From: Octopus bimaculoides | Taxonomy: Eukaryota | NCBI RefSeq assembly: GCF_001194135.2 | Contig: NC_068989.1 | Span: forward strand, 77,683,816 to 77,747,815 | Direction of reading: 5' to 3' | DNA: 64,000 bases | Shown here: positions 12,673-26,034 of the stretch, one piece after another | Layout of the letters: each line of letters starts with the position of its first letter | Position numbering within the stretch: position 1 is the first letter of the stretch | Program-made: the position numbers and the translations under genes | The notes under the pieces: generated by a model | What the model was told of the DNA's origin: nothing | The model's database searches: none | The model's input: the letters and a program-made list of their open reading frames with translations, nothing else

Positions 12673-13444
12673 AGACTTTTGCGTATCTAAATCTAATATT
12701 AATATTTCGGAAACATTTTCATCTAATTAACAACACCAACTCATCTCAGAAGTATAAACGTTTAATTACAATCATTGTTAACAGCGGTGGAAAAAAAAAA
12801 TATATATCTTCTATAGATAACATGTATTTCTGCGTGAACCGAGGCCGACATAACAAGCGTAGTCGAGAAAGTTTTGGTTGATTATGAGTAACATTATTTA
12901 CGCGAAATATAGATACATTTACATAAATACCTCCATTAAGGAATATTTAGAATTTAATGCAAATCAATGAAATTAAAATCAGTCATTTTAGTAGTAAATT
13001 TGGCATCCAGATTCTAAAATCTGCAGACAGAATTCCTAAAAAACGATCGACTACTGTAGCATAATAGTTAAAAGATTGCATGTTAGAGACGAATGAAGCA
13101 ACTGAAAACATGTGTACATATGTAAATGTACTCACTTATGAACAATTACACAGTTATATAGGCATACATACGTACATGCACTTGTATTCACATACGAACA
13201 CTCATAAATATAGATTCAGAAAGGTAATACATATAATTATGTATATATCCACATTTGCCATATACATATAAATATGCATGCATAGACATGTGCGTTGCTG
13301 TGTCTGTTTTTGTGTGCACGCACGCGCACACACACACACACACATACACATACACACACACACATTCTATATATATTTATATGCACATATTTCTCTCCTC
13401 CCTTTCCATATGTATGTATTTGCATATACATGTGTGTGTGTATG

Positions 13445-13472
13445 TACTATCAGTCTTTCTATCTATCTATCC

Positions 13473-13544
<72 letters not shown>
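13445..13544. repeat. (TATC)n tetranucleotide run ending in a gap
   Basis: Read directly from the sequence. Confidence 0.95.
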
Positions 13545-13799
13545 NNNNNNNNNNNNNNNNNNNNNNNNNNNNNNNNNNNNNNNNNNNNNNNNNNNNNNNN
13601 NNNNNNNNNNNNNNNNNNNNNNNNNNNNNNNNNNNNNNNNNNNNNNNNNNNNNNNNNNNNNNNNNNNNNNNNNNNNNNNNNNNNNNNNNNNNNNNNNNNN
13701 NNNNNNNNNNNNNNNNNNNNNNNNNNNNNNNNNNNNNNNNNNNNNNNNNNNNNNNNNNNNNNNNNNNNNNNNNNNNNNNNNNNNNNNNNNNNNNNNNNN

Positions 13800-13845
<46 letters not shown>

Positions 13846-13906
13846 GTGTGTGTGTGTACATAAATATCTCTCTCTCTCCTCTCTCTCTCCTCACTCTCTC
13901 TCTCTC

Positions 13907-13945
13907 TATAAGTACCTCTATCACATAGTGATAGAGGTACTTATA
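13907..13945. repeat. Perfect 18-bp inverted repeat with a 3-nt loop
   Basis: tataagtacctctatcac-ata-gtgatagaggtacttata. Confidence 0.95.
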
Positions 13946-14599
13946 AATATTAAAATAATATGCATGTGCACGTGCACATGGTGGAGATAAGAATATTTGC
14001 TAGTGTGCACGGTGTGTGCCGCTTGCATATATGTAAGAACGTATGCATTTATGTATGCGTGTATGTATGTGGGAGTTTAAGTGTATGTCTGTATGAGTAA
14101 GTATTCGTGTAATTCTGTAGGTTCTCAAGTATTTGGAATTGTGAAATCACGTCACAAAATTTTGTCAGTCTGCATTACGTTCATTTCCAGCGCACAATGT
14201 CTAAATAAGATTGTAATTCATCACGTACGTACTACGTTCTATCGATTATTTATATGCGGAATTTTCAGAGATGAAAGCATTAATTAACCTGAATTTAAGT
14301 ACACTTTATATCATATAAGTATTTCGCTTAGACTAAAATATATGAGAAAAATTGTTTAGATAACAAATGCTCAAAATTCTTTGACAGCAATCACGTAGCG
14401 AGCACTGAATGTTCCAGAATGATATTGGCCTTAGGTAGTATTATTCTAAGTTTATTTCCTACATTCGAAATATAATATTCATTTATCCCCTGTGCACTAT
14501 ATCTCCCTCTGTCAAACTGTTAGATATATTTCCAACCATTTAAAATTTCTTTCTCTTTCTACCACCCGTCCTCTCTCTGTACCTAGTTTTATATATTCC

Positions 14600-14798
14600 T
14601 TTCTATTATAGGTACAAGGCCTGAAATATTGGGGAGGGAGATATTCGATTACATCAACTCCAGTATTCAACTGGTACATTATTTACCGACCCTGAAAAGA
14701 TGAAAGGCAAAGTCGACCTCGGTGGAATTTGAAGCGGCAGACGAAATACCGCTAAGCGTTCCGCCCGGCGTACTAGCGATTCTGCCAGCTGGCCGCCT
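14600..14798 (-). mobile_element. SINE family A with a small internal deletion
   Basis: Reverse complement reads aggcggccagctggcagaatc...ttcaaattccaccgaggtcgactttgcctttcatc...caggccttgtacc. Confidence 0.85.
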
Positions 14799-16613
14799 GC
14801 CTCGTTTTATTTATTAATTTGGAAGGTCAAACCGTGTCATTAGTTGTAGAAATTATATATTTTTTGTTCAACCCTTTCTGAATTTGTAACCCTATAAACT
14901 TATTTCAACTTCAGAAGCTCGAAAAATTGACAATCTCTTAATCATAATGAATTAACCGCTCCATCTAAACCTGGACATCAGTTATTATCCGTTGATTATT
15001 TTGTAAATTTGCTTTCCATACAATTCTATTTACATGCGTTTGAACTTGCAACCTCTTAGATTCTATCCCTTGTTCTCGAGCCTTGTTATTCTGTTTAGAG
15101 CACTTGCTCTAGTATCTAGTCTTTTTGTCTGCGTGAGTCAATGGAGAGGAAGTTGAAAATTACCGGACACTGTGGGTGGAGAGTTGAAAATAAAAAGATA
15201 CAAATATAGTTTTAAAACTTAAAATTTGGAAAAAGAATATAAAAATCTATTGATATACTGTTTTATCAATTATATTTGTGCATAAGAGAATTAATAAAAA
15301 ATAAAAGTAGCAAGTATTACAAAACACCCAAGCTGTAGTGGGTGTTCTGTAAAGCTTTACATTATAGTTATAAAGATCCACTTCGTACCTAGATGCACTT
15401 TCGAGATACCCGTTTGAAAACAACTACCTCAGACTGACAAATTTACTTCTCCTCTGAAACAAGATATTCACTTCCTTTAATCTCTATTAGATGTTCTTTC
15501 TGCTCTTATCTATTTCTTGCATCCTCTCTAGCTCGCAAACATGCCCCGGCTGTGTCATAAACGCATAATGTATTCGTAGATTACATAGAAAACGTGATGT
15601 ATATAATCCAAAATATCTGGCAGATTGCCCCAATAAGACATCACATGCCTTCTCTTGATATTTCTTCCCATCACTTGTGCTTTTGTTGATATAACCAGAG
15701 TTCGTTCTCTTACAAACATTAACACCAACACATGCCAATTTGATATAACTATTTATTAATGTGTGGTGACATTGATTGTCAGAAGGGATTGGTAAAAAAG
15801 ACGTCCTAGCTAATGACTAACAAAAATGTGCAAGTAGGTCAACGGCTAGGAATTCCCTCAGAAAAGTGTCTATGTATGTGGCTCACAATCATATAACCTA
15901 TGCTCCTCAAGTCTTTCAGAACCTATTCGCTGTGGCTGGTTATGCCCTTTATGCTGGTTAAATACTGCACTCATCAGTTTGCTCCTTTCTTGTCAAACGT
16001 TATACTTTTCCCTGTAGCCTATGCTAAACTACGGGAAGATTAAACGTAGTGTATCATTTTGTCTAAAATAACCATTCAAAGTGAAACCTAGAACCACTGC
16101 AATAGCTCTGATGACTTTATGCAAGCCGCATATAAGCAATATCCACATAAATTAGGACGTTAATATTCCTACTATGCTTACAAATACCATTAAGCTACAA
16201 CAATTAGGTCACCTCGTACTACTACTTTTATGGGTAATTTCTGTTGCTACTACAACGGGCGCTGCTCCTTTGAAATAAGAATCTGCTAATACCTACGCAC
16301 TCCTTACCTTATATATTATATTGTGTCAGTCTTATAGTATATGACACCCAAAAGCTGCACGTCTAACTTGCCCAGTTACTCTCCCGCAGAAATGCTGCTC
16401 TCCATCATACTCATACCTTGCTATGGCTTGTGCATCGGAGGGAACTCTCAAGGTGCTTACGTGGTCATTTATGACCGAAGGGGGTTGCCATGATAGATCG
16501 CTAGCCACTACACGTTCTTTATTTTTATCTTTATTTTCTCTCTTTATTTTCTCTCCTTATTTTCTCGCTTTATTTTGTCTCGTAATTTTCTCTCCTTGTT
16601 TCTTTCTGTGTTC

Positions 16614-16748
16614 CTTTCTGTGGAAGAGGGAAGGCTCGAAACGTCAAAGACTTTTTTCACTTCCCGAGCGTTATATTAATACATCTGTTTGTTGTTTACA
16701 GCACCTATCTTCGTCTTTTGTTGTTGTTTTTTTTCTGTGATTTCTCCT
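16614..16748 (+). mobile_element. Dispersed repeat copy 3 with hammerhead-like motif (core CUGUGGA)
   Basis: cttt-CTGTGGA-A-GAG ggaagg CTC-GAA-ACGT-C-aaag; perfect 4-bp stem I; homologous downstream sequence; (TA)n follows. Confidence 0.7.
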
Positions 16749-17944
16749 TATATATATATATGTAAATGTCGAACAATCTTTATTTGTATATTAAGGCCAA
16801 CATTGGTTACATGTTAAGGAAAGCGTCCTAGTAACTTAACAATTTTTAAAGCCGATCTCATGGAGGAATGGAGTTCGTCTCCATTTAGGATGAAAATTGT
16901 TATGATATTAAGATATTTTTCTCAACACGAAACCAATGGTAGCCTTAATACACACACACAAACATATGCATGCATATATATATATATATATANNNNNNNN
17001 NNNNNNNNNNNNNNNNNNNNNNNNNNNNNNNNNNNNNNNNNNNNNNNNNNNNNNNNNNNNNNNNNNNNNNNNNNNNNNNNNNNNNNNNNNNNNNNNNNNN
17101 NNNNNNNNNNNNNNNNNNNNNNNNNNNNNNNNNNNNNNNNNNNNNNNNNNNNNNNNNNNNNNNNNNNNNNNNNNNNNNNNNNNNNNNNNNNNNNNNNNNN
17201 NNNNNNNNNNNNNNNNNNNNNNNNNNNNNNNNNNNNNNNNNNNNNNNNNNNNNNNNNNNNNNNNNNNNNNNNNNNNNNNNNNNNNNNNNNNNNNNNNNNN
17301 NNNNNNNNNNNNNNNNNNNNNNNNNNNNNNNNNNNNNNNNNNNNNNNNNNNNNNNNNNNNNNNNNNNNNNNNNNNNNNNNNNNNNNNNNNNNNNNNNNNN
17401 NNNNNNNNNNNNNNNNNNNNNNNNNNNNNNNNNNNNNNNNNNNNNNNNNNNNNNNNNNNNNNNNNNNNNNNNNNNNNNNNNNNNNNNNNNNNNNNNNNNN
17501 NNNNNNNNNNNNNNNNNNNNNNNNNNNTACATACATACACAGATATATGACAGACTACTGCATTCTTACTGCATTGGTCTTCAGTTTATGCATAGAATAG
17601 ACGTTATTTGCATAAGGTGCCACACGTAGTCAGCCTTAACCGCCGTGGATATGAGCCAAGCACAGATATTCTTAACCACATGTATCACATCTTTCTTAGT
17701 GGTTCTCACATTTTGAGACACAAAGTATTCAAGTGAGAGTTACTGTGTGATTCTTTAACGAGTTTCAATCATGTGAAAGGCTTAATATATATAGTTTGGC
17801 AATAGTCTCTGTGAACTAGTTTGCATGTTATTTTTATCCATATTTTTTGACATTTTCTTGCGAATAGTTGCCTTGACGAAAGTTTGGCATGTCTAATTTG
17901 GCAACCTGTGCGATATCTGTGCATAAATATTTTATACAATTATA

Positions 17945-18278
<334 letters not shown>

Positions 18279-19882
18279 GTCATGACAGCTATACAAATAG
18301 TTACAAAGTGTGGTAAATAGATTGATAGATAGATTGAAAGATAGATAGAAAAAGTGAGACAGAAAGAGAAAAAGAGTGAGCAGCAGTGAGAGACAGAAAG
18401 AAAGAGAAAAAGAGAGAGAGAGAGTGAAAGTGAGAGAGAGACAGAGAGACAGAGAGAAAAGTATCAGGAATGAGAGATAGAGGTGAGAAATAAACAGAAA
18501 GATGTCTGAGATATACAGACATAATGCAGAAAATGTATAGAGAAGCAAATGTAATATAGAGAGTGGTAGACAGTAAATAAGAGTTTTACCGATCAATCGA
18601 TGGGAGATATAAAGATATATATAATGTACGTGTGTGTTTGCTTCTCTACATAACGAGAAATGGGGAAGAAGGGGGACGGAGATAGAGAAGAGGGTAAGAA
18701 AGGACAGATTCGATGAATAGAAACTGATGGGGGGAGGAAGGAGCGAGAGAGAGAGAGAGATTGAGTGAGAAGATTATGTAAGTATTATGTCAGTGCGGTG
18801 ATTTGTGGTTTCAGTAGGTTAAAACAGTGAGACAGAAGAACGTAACAAACGATATAATAGTAAAATAACAAGCAACAATAAACTTGAAACCTTGCTCTTT
18901 TAGGTGTTAATGTTTAACTATAAATACATTCAATTCAAAAGCGAAAATTTTCTTGTCAGGCGTCTTGTTTGTTTTCTCATTAATAATTTGGCAACTTGGC
19001 AGTTCGGCTATCATCATGTTCACCGTTAATAAAAATAAAGTCTCCATTAAGGACATTCGTTTCGTAACTGAATCAAAATTTGAATAAAATGTCACGTAAG
19101 TACAGTATAACCGCTAGACATCTGATACTGAATAAATCACAAACTAAATGTTGATCATACATTTCTATTATCTCGAAGGCTTTCTGTAAAACTCTAGAAC
19201 GTGCACATTCCAATTACTGTTACATATTAGCATACTTCTACAACCTATTCTTATTTTTGAAGTGTTTGTCAAACATGATTTAAATTATCTCTGTATTTTA
19301 CATACAGTCCAGATACGAATCCTTCATATTGTATGTCATTTTATTCTCGTTTTATCTGGATTCACCTAAGTCGTCTCGTTTCGTGACATATTAAACTCTG
19401 ATTACCCCTCGAACACTATTCCCTTCAACTTGTCTTATTACGTTTCCACAATTTCCATTCCTGAGGTGAAATAAGTAATATTGTACAAGTGGTCTTTATT
19501 ACAATTTTGACAATTTGCCTTACAAAATCGCAATAAATCGTAATCTTCAACTGTCCAACATGATTTAAAGTATTCATGTATTTAACTCAGCGTCCAGTTT
19601 CGTGTCTGTTATAAACGACAGTGCATGTACTGTATTTATGTATGTATGAATGTACACACACACACGCACACACACACATATATATATATATATACATACA
19701 TACATACACACATATATGCATGCATACACACACACATATATACATATATATCGACAAATAAATTAATATTTATGTATATATGTATATCTATTTATAGTTG
19801 TATCTTTCCCCTTTTGTGTCACTGTTTCTCTCCCTGTGTGTGAGTGCATATATATGCGTATGTGTGTGTGTGTGTGTGTGTA

Positions 19883-19917
<35 letters not shown>

Positions 19918-20295
19918 CTGTACCTGTGTCTGCATCTGTGTGTCTGTGTCTGTGTGTGTGTGTGTGTGTATTTCAATAACTTCGTTCCGTCTAGAATTAC
20001 TTTTACTCCCAGTTGTACAACACATTTGCAGAAGGCATATGACACAGGCTAACAGCCAAAAGCGGATCTATTAAATCGAAGAAGCAGGCGACAACTTGCT
20101 GGTACTATAACTTATTTAAATCTATTTCTACATGATGAATTCTTCTACGGATTTCCATAAGCAATTTAATTTATGATCTGCAGCAAATATCGTGAGAGAG
20201 CTCTGTGTTGTGTGCGCATTATCAACGTTATACACGTAGTTATTTTAATCTAAAGCTGTCTAATGTGAGAACATTCGCATATTTATTATGTATAC

Positions 20296-20458
20296 AGGCA
20301 CAGGCGTGGCTGTGTGGTAAGTAGCTTGCATTCCAACCATACGGTTCCAGGTTCAGTCCCACTGCATGGCACACTGGGCAACTGTCTTCTACTATAGCCT
20401 CAGGCCAACCAAAGCCTTGTGAGTGGATTTGGTAGACGGAAACTGAGAGTAGCCTGTC

Positions 20459-20494
<36 letters not shown>

Positions 20495-20725
20495 GGGCGG
20501 TGTACGTTTTGTGTGTCTGTGTTTCTCCCCCCAATATCGCTTGACAAGTGATGTTGGTGTGTTCACGTCCCCGTAACATAGCGGATCGACAAAAGAGACT
20601 GATAAAATAAGCACTAAGCTTACAAAGAATAAGTCCTGAGGTCGATGTGATTGACTAAAGGCGGTTCTCCAGCATTACCATACTCAAATGACTGAAACAA
20701 ATAAAAGAATAAAATAATAAAAGAA
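20296..20725 (+). mobile_element. SINE family B, full length, with internal (TA)n
   Basis: aggcacaggcgtggctgtgtggtaagtagc (A box)...ggttcagtccc...gtgagtggatttggtagacggaaactg...atgactgaaacaaataaaagaata. Confidence 0.9.
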
Positions 20726-20772
20726 TACATACATACACACAAACATATATATATATATATATATACATATAC

Positions 20773-20838
<66 letters not shown>

Positions 20839-21220
20839 GTATATGTATATAAATATGTGTGTGCATGTGTGTATGTGTGTGTGCGCGCCTGAGCATATGT
20901 GTGCGTGGACTCACGTGCGTGTATTAGTAGTTGGGTGCCATTAATATGATTACAGGATTACATGTAAAAAATTGCAATTATTTAATCGTAGTTGGAATAA
21001 CTATAGTTCAGCAAGACTTGCTAAACTGAGTGCAAATTAATGTGTTAGGTAATTAACTAATTAATTAATTCATTCATTAATTGATTATTCCTTTTGTATT
21101 TGTACCATCTGTTACCATACGAAATCTTGTTTGACATTATGTTTGCTCTCAATCTTATAAAATGTCTGTTTTGATCTAATAACCAAACTGCGATTAAACA
21201 ATGATGAATTATTGCATGTA

Positions 21221-21418
21221 AAAGCGAAGAGTTGGCAGAAACGTTAGCACGCCGGGCGAAGTACTTAGCGTTCTGAGTTCAAATTTACGTTCTAAGTTCG
21301 AATTCTTTAAGTTCTAAGTTCAAATTTTTCCGAGGTCGACTTTGCCTTTCATCCTTTCGGGGTCGATTCATTAAGTATAAGTTGCGTACTGGAGTCGACT
21401 GTCCCCCTCCCCCAAAAT
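21221..21418 (+). mobile_element. SINE family A with triplicated B-box segment
   Basis: gttctgagttcaaattt / gttctaagttcgaatt / gttctaagttcaaattt between 21270 and 21327. Confidence 0.85.
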
Positions 21419-21720
21419 ACAACCCTCTTAAATACGAAATAGCCCGGCTATGGAAAATGAAGAAGGTGAAGACGGTGCCAATTATTGTTGGGTCCTTGGG
21501 AACAATATCAGAAGGCATCAAGAGGAATATAAAGAAAATTGGTATAGAGTGCCCAGCGGAACTGTTACAAAGATTTTACCTCCTTGGCATGGCCAGAATA
21601 ATCAGGAAAGTATTATATATCTAAAAATGACGAATAGAACGGTACCACAGGCTGCAGGCAGCAAGCCCGTATACGCATGCAAGACCCCAGAAGTTCCAAC
21701 ACAACCTGTGATAAAGAAAT
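21415..21720 (+). mobile_element. R4/Dong-like RLE non-LTR retrotransposon 3' end
   Basis: KYNPLKYEIARLWKMKKVKTVPIIVGSLGTISEGIKRNIKKIGIECPAELLQRFYLLGMARIIRKVLYI* (stop 21622-21624) plus putative 3'UTR. Confidence 0.85.
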
Positions 21721-21794
21721 ACTGGTGTCAATCTAATCGACTGGTACCCTCCCCAAAACTTTCGGGTAGAAAATAACAATAACAAAAACATTAA

Positions 21795-21935
21795 CAATTA
21801 AGAACGAACTACATAAAATACAGAATAGACAACACAGGAAAAAGTGATAAGTGCAGAATTTGTGGAGAAAACCGTGAAACCGTATGGCATATTACCAGCC
21901 AATGTACGCCACTAACGCAGAAGGAATATAAGAGA
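21795..21935 (+). mobile_element. R4/Dong-like CCHC zinc-knuckle fragment
   Basis: QLRTNYIKYRIDNTGKSDKCRICGENRETVWHITSQCTPLTQKEYKR, a C-x2-C-x8-H-x4-C motif. Confidence 0.85.
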
Positions 21936-22120
21936 CTTGTATTCGGTGTGAAATGTTTATTATCGCTGCCCATCTTTTATGCTCTCATTCCAGAGTATAG
22001 AGTATCATTTCTGTCACTCTCTCCCAGTTCTCGATCTGTTGCAATGGGGCAATGTCCATGGTGTAAAAGAGTCTTAACAAAGAAAAGTTCCATCCTTCCT
22101 GGCATTAGTTAGTGACCATT

Positions 22121-22355
22121 AAAAGGCGGCGAGCTGGCAGAATCGTTGGCGCACCGGGCGAAATGCTTAGCGGTATTTCGTCTGTCGTTACGTTCTGAGT
22201 TCAAATTCCGCCGAGGTCGACTTTGCCTTTCATCCTTTCGGGGTCGATAAATTAATTTCCAGTTACGCACTGGGGTCGATGTAATCGACTTAATCCCTTT
22301 GTCTGTCCTTGTTTGTCCCCTCTATATTCAGCCCCTTGTGGGCAATAAAGAAACA
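22121..22355 (+). mobile_element. SINE family A, young long-tail subtype
   Basis: Near-consensus, ending gccccttgtgggcaataaagaaa. Confidence 0.92.
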
Positions 22356-22560
22356 AGAATTGTTAGCGCGCTGGAAGAAATGTTTAGCGGTATTTCACCC
22401 GTCGCAATACTCTGAGTTCAAATTCCGCCAAGGATGACTTTGCCTTTCATCCTTAAGGGGGCCGATAAATTAAGTACCAGTTAAACACTGGGGTCAATGT
22501 AATCGACTAGTCTCCTCCTCCACTATTCAAGGCCTTGTGCCTATACTAAAAAGGAATATT
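22356..22560 (+). mobile_element. SINE family A, older copy, head-to-tail
   Basis: tgttagcgcg...ctgagttcaaattccgcc...aggccttgtgcctat. Confidence 0.85.
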
Positions 22561-22570
22561 TGGCTACCAT

Positions 22571-22790
22571 TAAAGCGGTGAGCGGGCAGAATCGTTAGCA
22601 CACCGTGCAAAATGCTTCGCAGCATTTCGCTTGTCTTCACGTTCTGTGTTTAAATACCACCGAGTACGACTTTGGCTTTCATCATTTCTGTATCGATAAA
22701 ATAAGTACCAGTTGAACAATAGGGTAAATATGATCAACTAGCTTTCTTCCCCACAAATCTCAGGCCTTGTGTCGCTAGCTGAAAGTTATT
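22571..22790 (+). mobile_element. SINE family A, third tandem copy
   Basis: aagcggtgagcgggcagaatcgttagc...caggccttgtgtc. Confidence 0.8.
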
Positions 22791-25787
22791 TAACAACCAT
22801 GGTCGTGAGTAATAATTCAGAGCTCTACGATTAAATGTCTGCTATGGTTTCAACATGATTTTATGTAGTTTTACCCTGAATAATCTCAGAATCTACCTGC
22901 CCGGTCTTCTACACATGGAACGCACTGTTTATAAATATGGAATCCCAACGAATCTTGATCCTGTGGCTTCTGATAACGTTTAGTTTGTGGACTGAAAGGA
23001 AGTTTTAGAAAGTTTGTAACACTGGCAGAAACATTACCAGTTGATTTGTTCAGCCTTTTTGCAGATAGCGGTCAGATCTCGCTAGAGGTGTTTTATATAT
23101 AACCTACTTTCATGATTACATGAGGAAATTTTGATCGTCAGTGTAGCTGGCAAGAAAGGTTATCAGCAATATCTGCTGTAAAACTCCCTAAGAGATTTCA
23201 CTTAAAATTAATAACCTATCTGCTAGGTAAACTATAACTGCAACTGTCTAATAATAACATCAGATAGCCATTCCCTTGGTATTTCAAAGATGAAGAGAGC
23301 TCACCAATTTTAGGCATTACTCTATGATGAGATTATCGAAGGCCTTCATAAGGTCAAGACATATCAGATCCACGTTTTATTAAATGAATTGCTCTTTCAT
23401 TGTTCAACATGATACTGTAGGCGTTCTGTAATTTCCATTACGACGCAAGCATCGCAAGCATTGAAAAATAGAAGTAATTACTGGATTAAGTACAAGTGAG
23501 TAAAATATATCATGCCTTCCAGTGAAAAGTATCATTGTAAAAGACTAATCATTTTGATGTTGCAAAATGGTTTGAAGACTGTCTGCAGGTAACGTCTGTT
23601 TAACTGTCAAACAACATTTCTGTTATTATTTAAAGTTTTTTTTTCAGCGATCAGCTCTAAATTTTCATTCCTATATCACTACTTGTATACATGAGATGGA
23701 TGATTAAACATTCGATTATAATGGGAAAGAAGAAGCTAGAAGAAATTACTCGTGGATATGGGCTGCTATATCGGTAACAAGCGTCAGATTATTCGTTATC
23801 CGAGAAGGTAATAAGTCTTATTTTGCATGTAAATAGAAGAGACACTAGAGAGACACATAGTCACCGAAACTGCTGCAGCAGAGATCACAACGTTCTCAGT
23901 GCAAACATAAGCTAATTACAACAAACCTACAATTCCTTTAGCAATTTATACTTACCAGTCAGTATACGTAAACTCCTGATTTCAGTCGTACACTCTTGAA
24001 GTCACATAGGGTTCAGGGTGTACACACTAGTTAAAACCATTGACCAAATGCGCGTGTTCATAAAAGGTTCTTTTGCTAAAAAATTTATTTGCCTTTACTC
24101 TGACCTACAGCACTCTAAATATCTTAAATAATTAAGATTTAAGACTTCCGAGTCCTTTTGCTCATTATCCGTTTTCTCTTTTGGCATAGTGGTACAGTGA
24201 AAGAGTTGGGTAGGGCAAATAGTAAATAAGTTGAATTCAAAAGGAAGTAACCACCGTAACTATAAAGATATTAATCAGATTTTTACGACTACTTTTCTTT
24301 CATCAAAACGATTTGCCGCGAATGTAAAGGAACTAAGAAACAATTTGGTGTTGTACTTGATGTACCGAAAATGAAAATAGTCACTTAATTGCGGTTTGAG
24401 GTCAATGTAATTAATTTTAATCAGTCATTGATGATTTTGAATTTTTCACAATGAAAGGAGATGATAACGATGATGGAATGATAAAGATGGAAATGCGGAA
24501 AATACAAGGCAGAGAAAGGGTGAATGAGTACATTTCAGACCTAGGAATAGCTAGACGCAGTTCCTGTAAAGTATGCCAGAAGAAGATGTAAATAAGAACC
24601 AGTAGCTTTGAGGAGTTGCTAGAATATGATTAAGAGGTGTTGTTGTTGTTGTTATTGTTGTTGTGTCTGGTAAATTCCCTTTCCTTTCGTTGAAAAGACT
24701 GGAGCTTGAAGGTGAACTTGACATAAAGGATTGCTGTAAAATATTTTGATAATCCTACCTGAAGGTGGAAGAGGAAATGGAAATAATAAAGACTGTACAT
24801 TAACTAGACGCTATCCAGTTTCTGAACGAAATCCTTACGTGATTTTTAAAGAGAGTAACCCCTATTGAGGAAACGGTTGGTTATTAGAAAAAAGATTGTG
24901 TAATTAATATAGCCGTTACGAGGGAAAAATTAAACGAAAATTATTAAGCAAGAAAGCCTTGAAACTGCATTAAAATATATACATTTTTCTGAAGAGAAAC
25001 TGCATAGGAAGGAAATTATGGCAATAAAACGGTTTGTGTTGATGTAAACGACCACTTCTTAACGTGAATTAATGTAGGTATAACACACTCAACAAAGGAC
25101 AACCGAAAATAATATGATAACATGAAATACGAAGGTGAGATAGGAGAGAGAGGAAGTATAATCAATAAGCTGAATATTACACTACCCAAGAGGCAAAAGT
25201 ACAGCCCATTACCTCCACCTAAACTCATGAATAGACAATCTTATTGAACTGCTAATATTGCTATTTCATTGTTCTTCCGATGATGGATGACTACGAAGAT
25301 ATTTTGAAAGAAGCAATCATTTCAGAAAAGACACGTATCGCTCACACTTCATGTTACAGCAATGAAAACTCATACGGATAATATGCTTAAGAAAAAAATG
25401 AATAACTTCTTCAGAATTATAAAGCCGGACGAAAGTATTCAACTTGGTACTTTATGACGCACATATGTGTGTGTGTGTGTGTATATATATGTGTGTGTAT
25501 ATATATGTGTGTGTATATATNNNNNNNNNNNNNNNNNNNNNNNNNNNNNNNNNNNNNNNNNNTATATATATATATATATACATACATATATATATACATA
25601 CATATATACATACACACACATATGTATAACAGATCAGTGGAGCTGAACTATATATAGCAATTTGTCTAAATCTGCAAATGCTTTAGTGATCAAACCTCGG
25701 AGGTTCTTCCTATGTAATATGATCTTATATAAGGACTGTGGGTGTATGCGTGTTTGCATATTTATGTATGTTCACTCAACACACACA

Positions 25788-26010
25788 CTGGCAGAAACGT
25801 TAGCACGCCAGGCGAAATGCTTAGCGGTATTTCGTCTGCCGCTACGTTCTGAGTTCAAATTCCGCCGAGGTCGACTTTGCCTTTCATCCTTTCGGGGTCG
25901 ATTAAATAAGTACCAGTTACGCACCGGGGTCGGTATAATCGACTTAATCCGTATGTCTGTCCTTGTTTGTCCCCTCTGTGTATAGCCCCTTGTGGGTAGT
26001 AAAGAAATAA
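25788..26010 (+). mobile_element. SINE family A, young long-tail subtype, in (CA)-rich context
   Basis: Nearly identical to 56073-56306. Confidence 0.92.
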
Positions 26011-26034
26011 CACACGCACTCTCACATACGGACA

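Noticed and set aside
15487-15738. 83-aa minus-strand ORF with ordinary composition
   Set aside because: No recognisable domain and no convincing splice sites; an ORF of this length is expected by chance
23715-24000. WIWAAISV...PDFS resemblance to a Tc1 transposase
   Set aside because: Only two short motifs, with no readable catalytic residues; too degenerate to call
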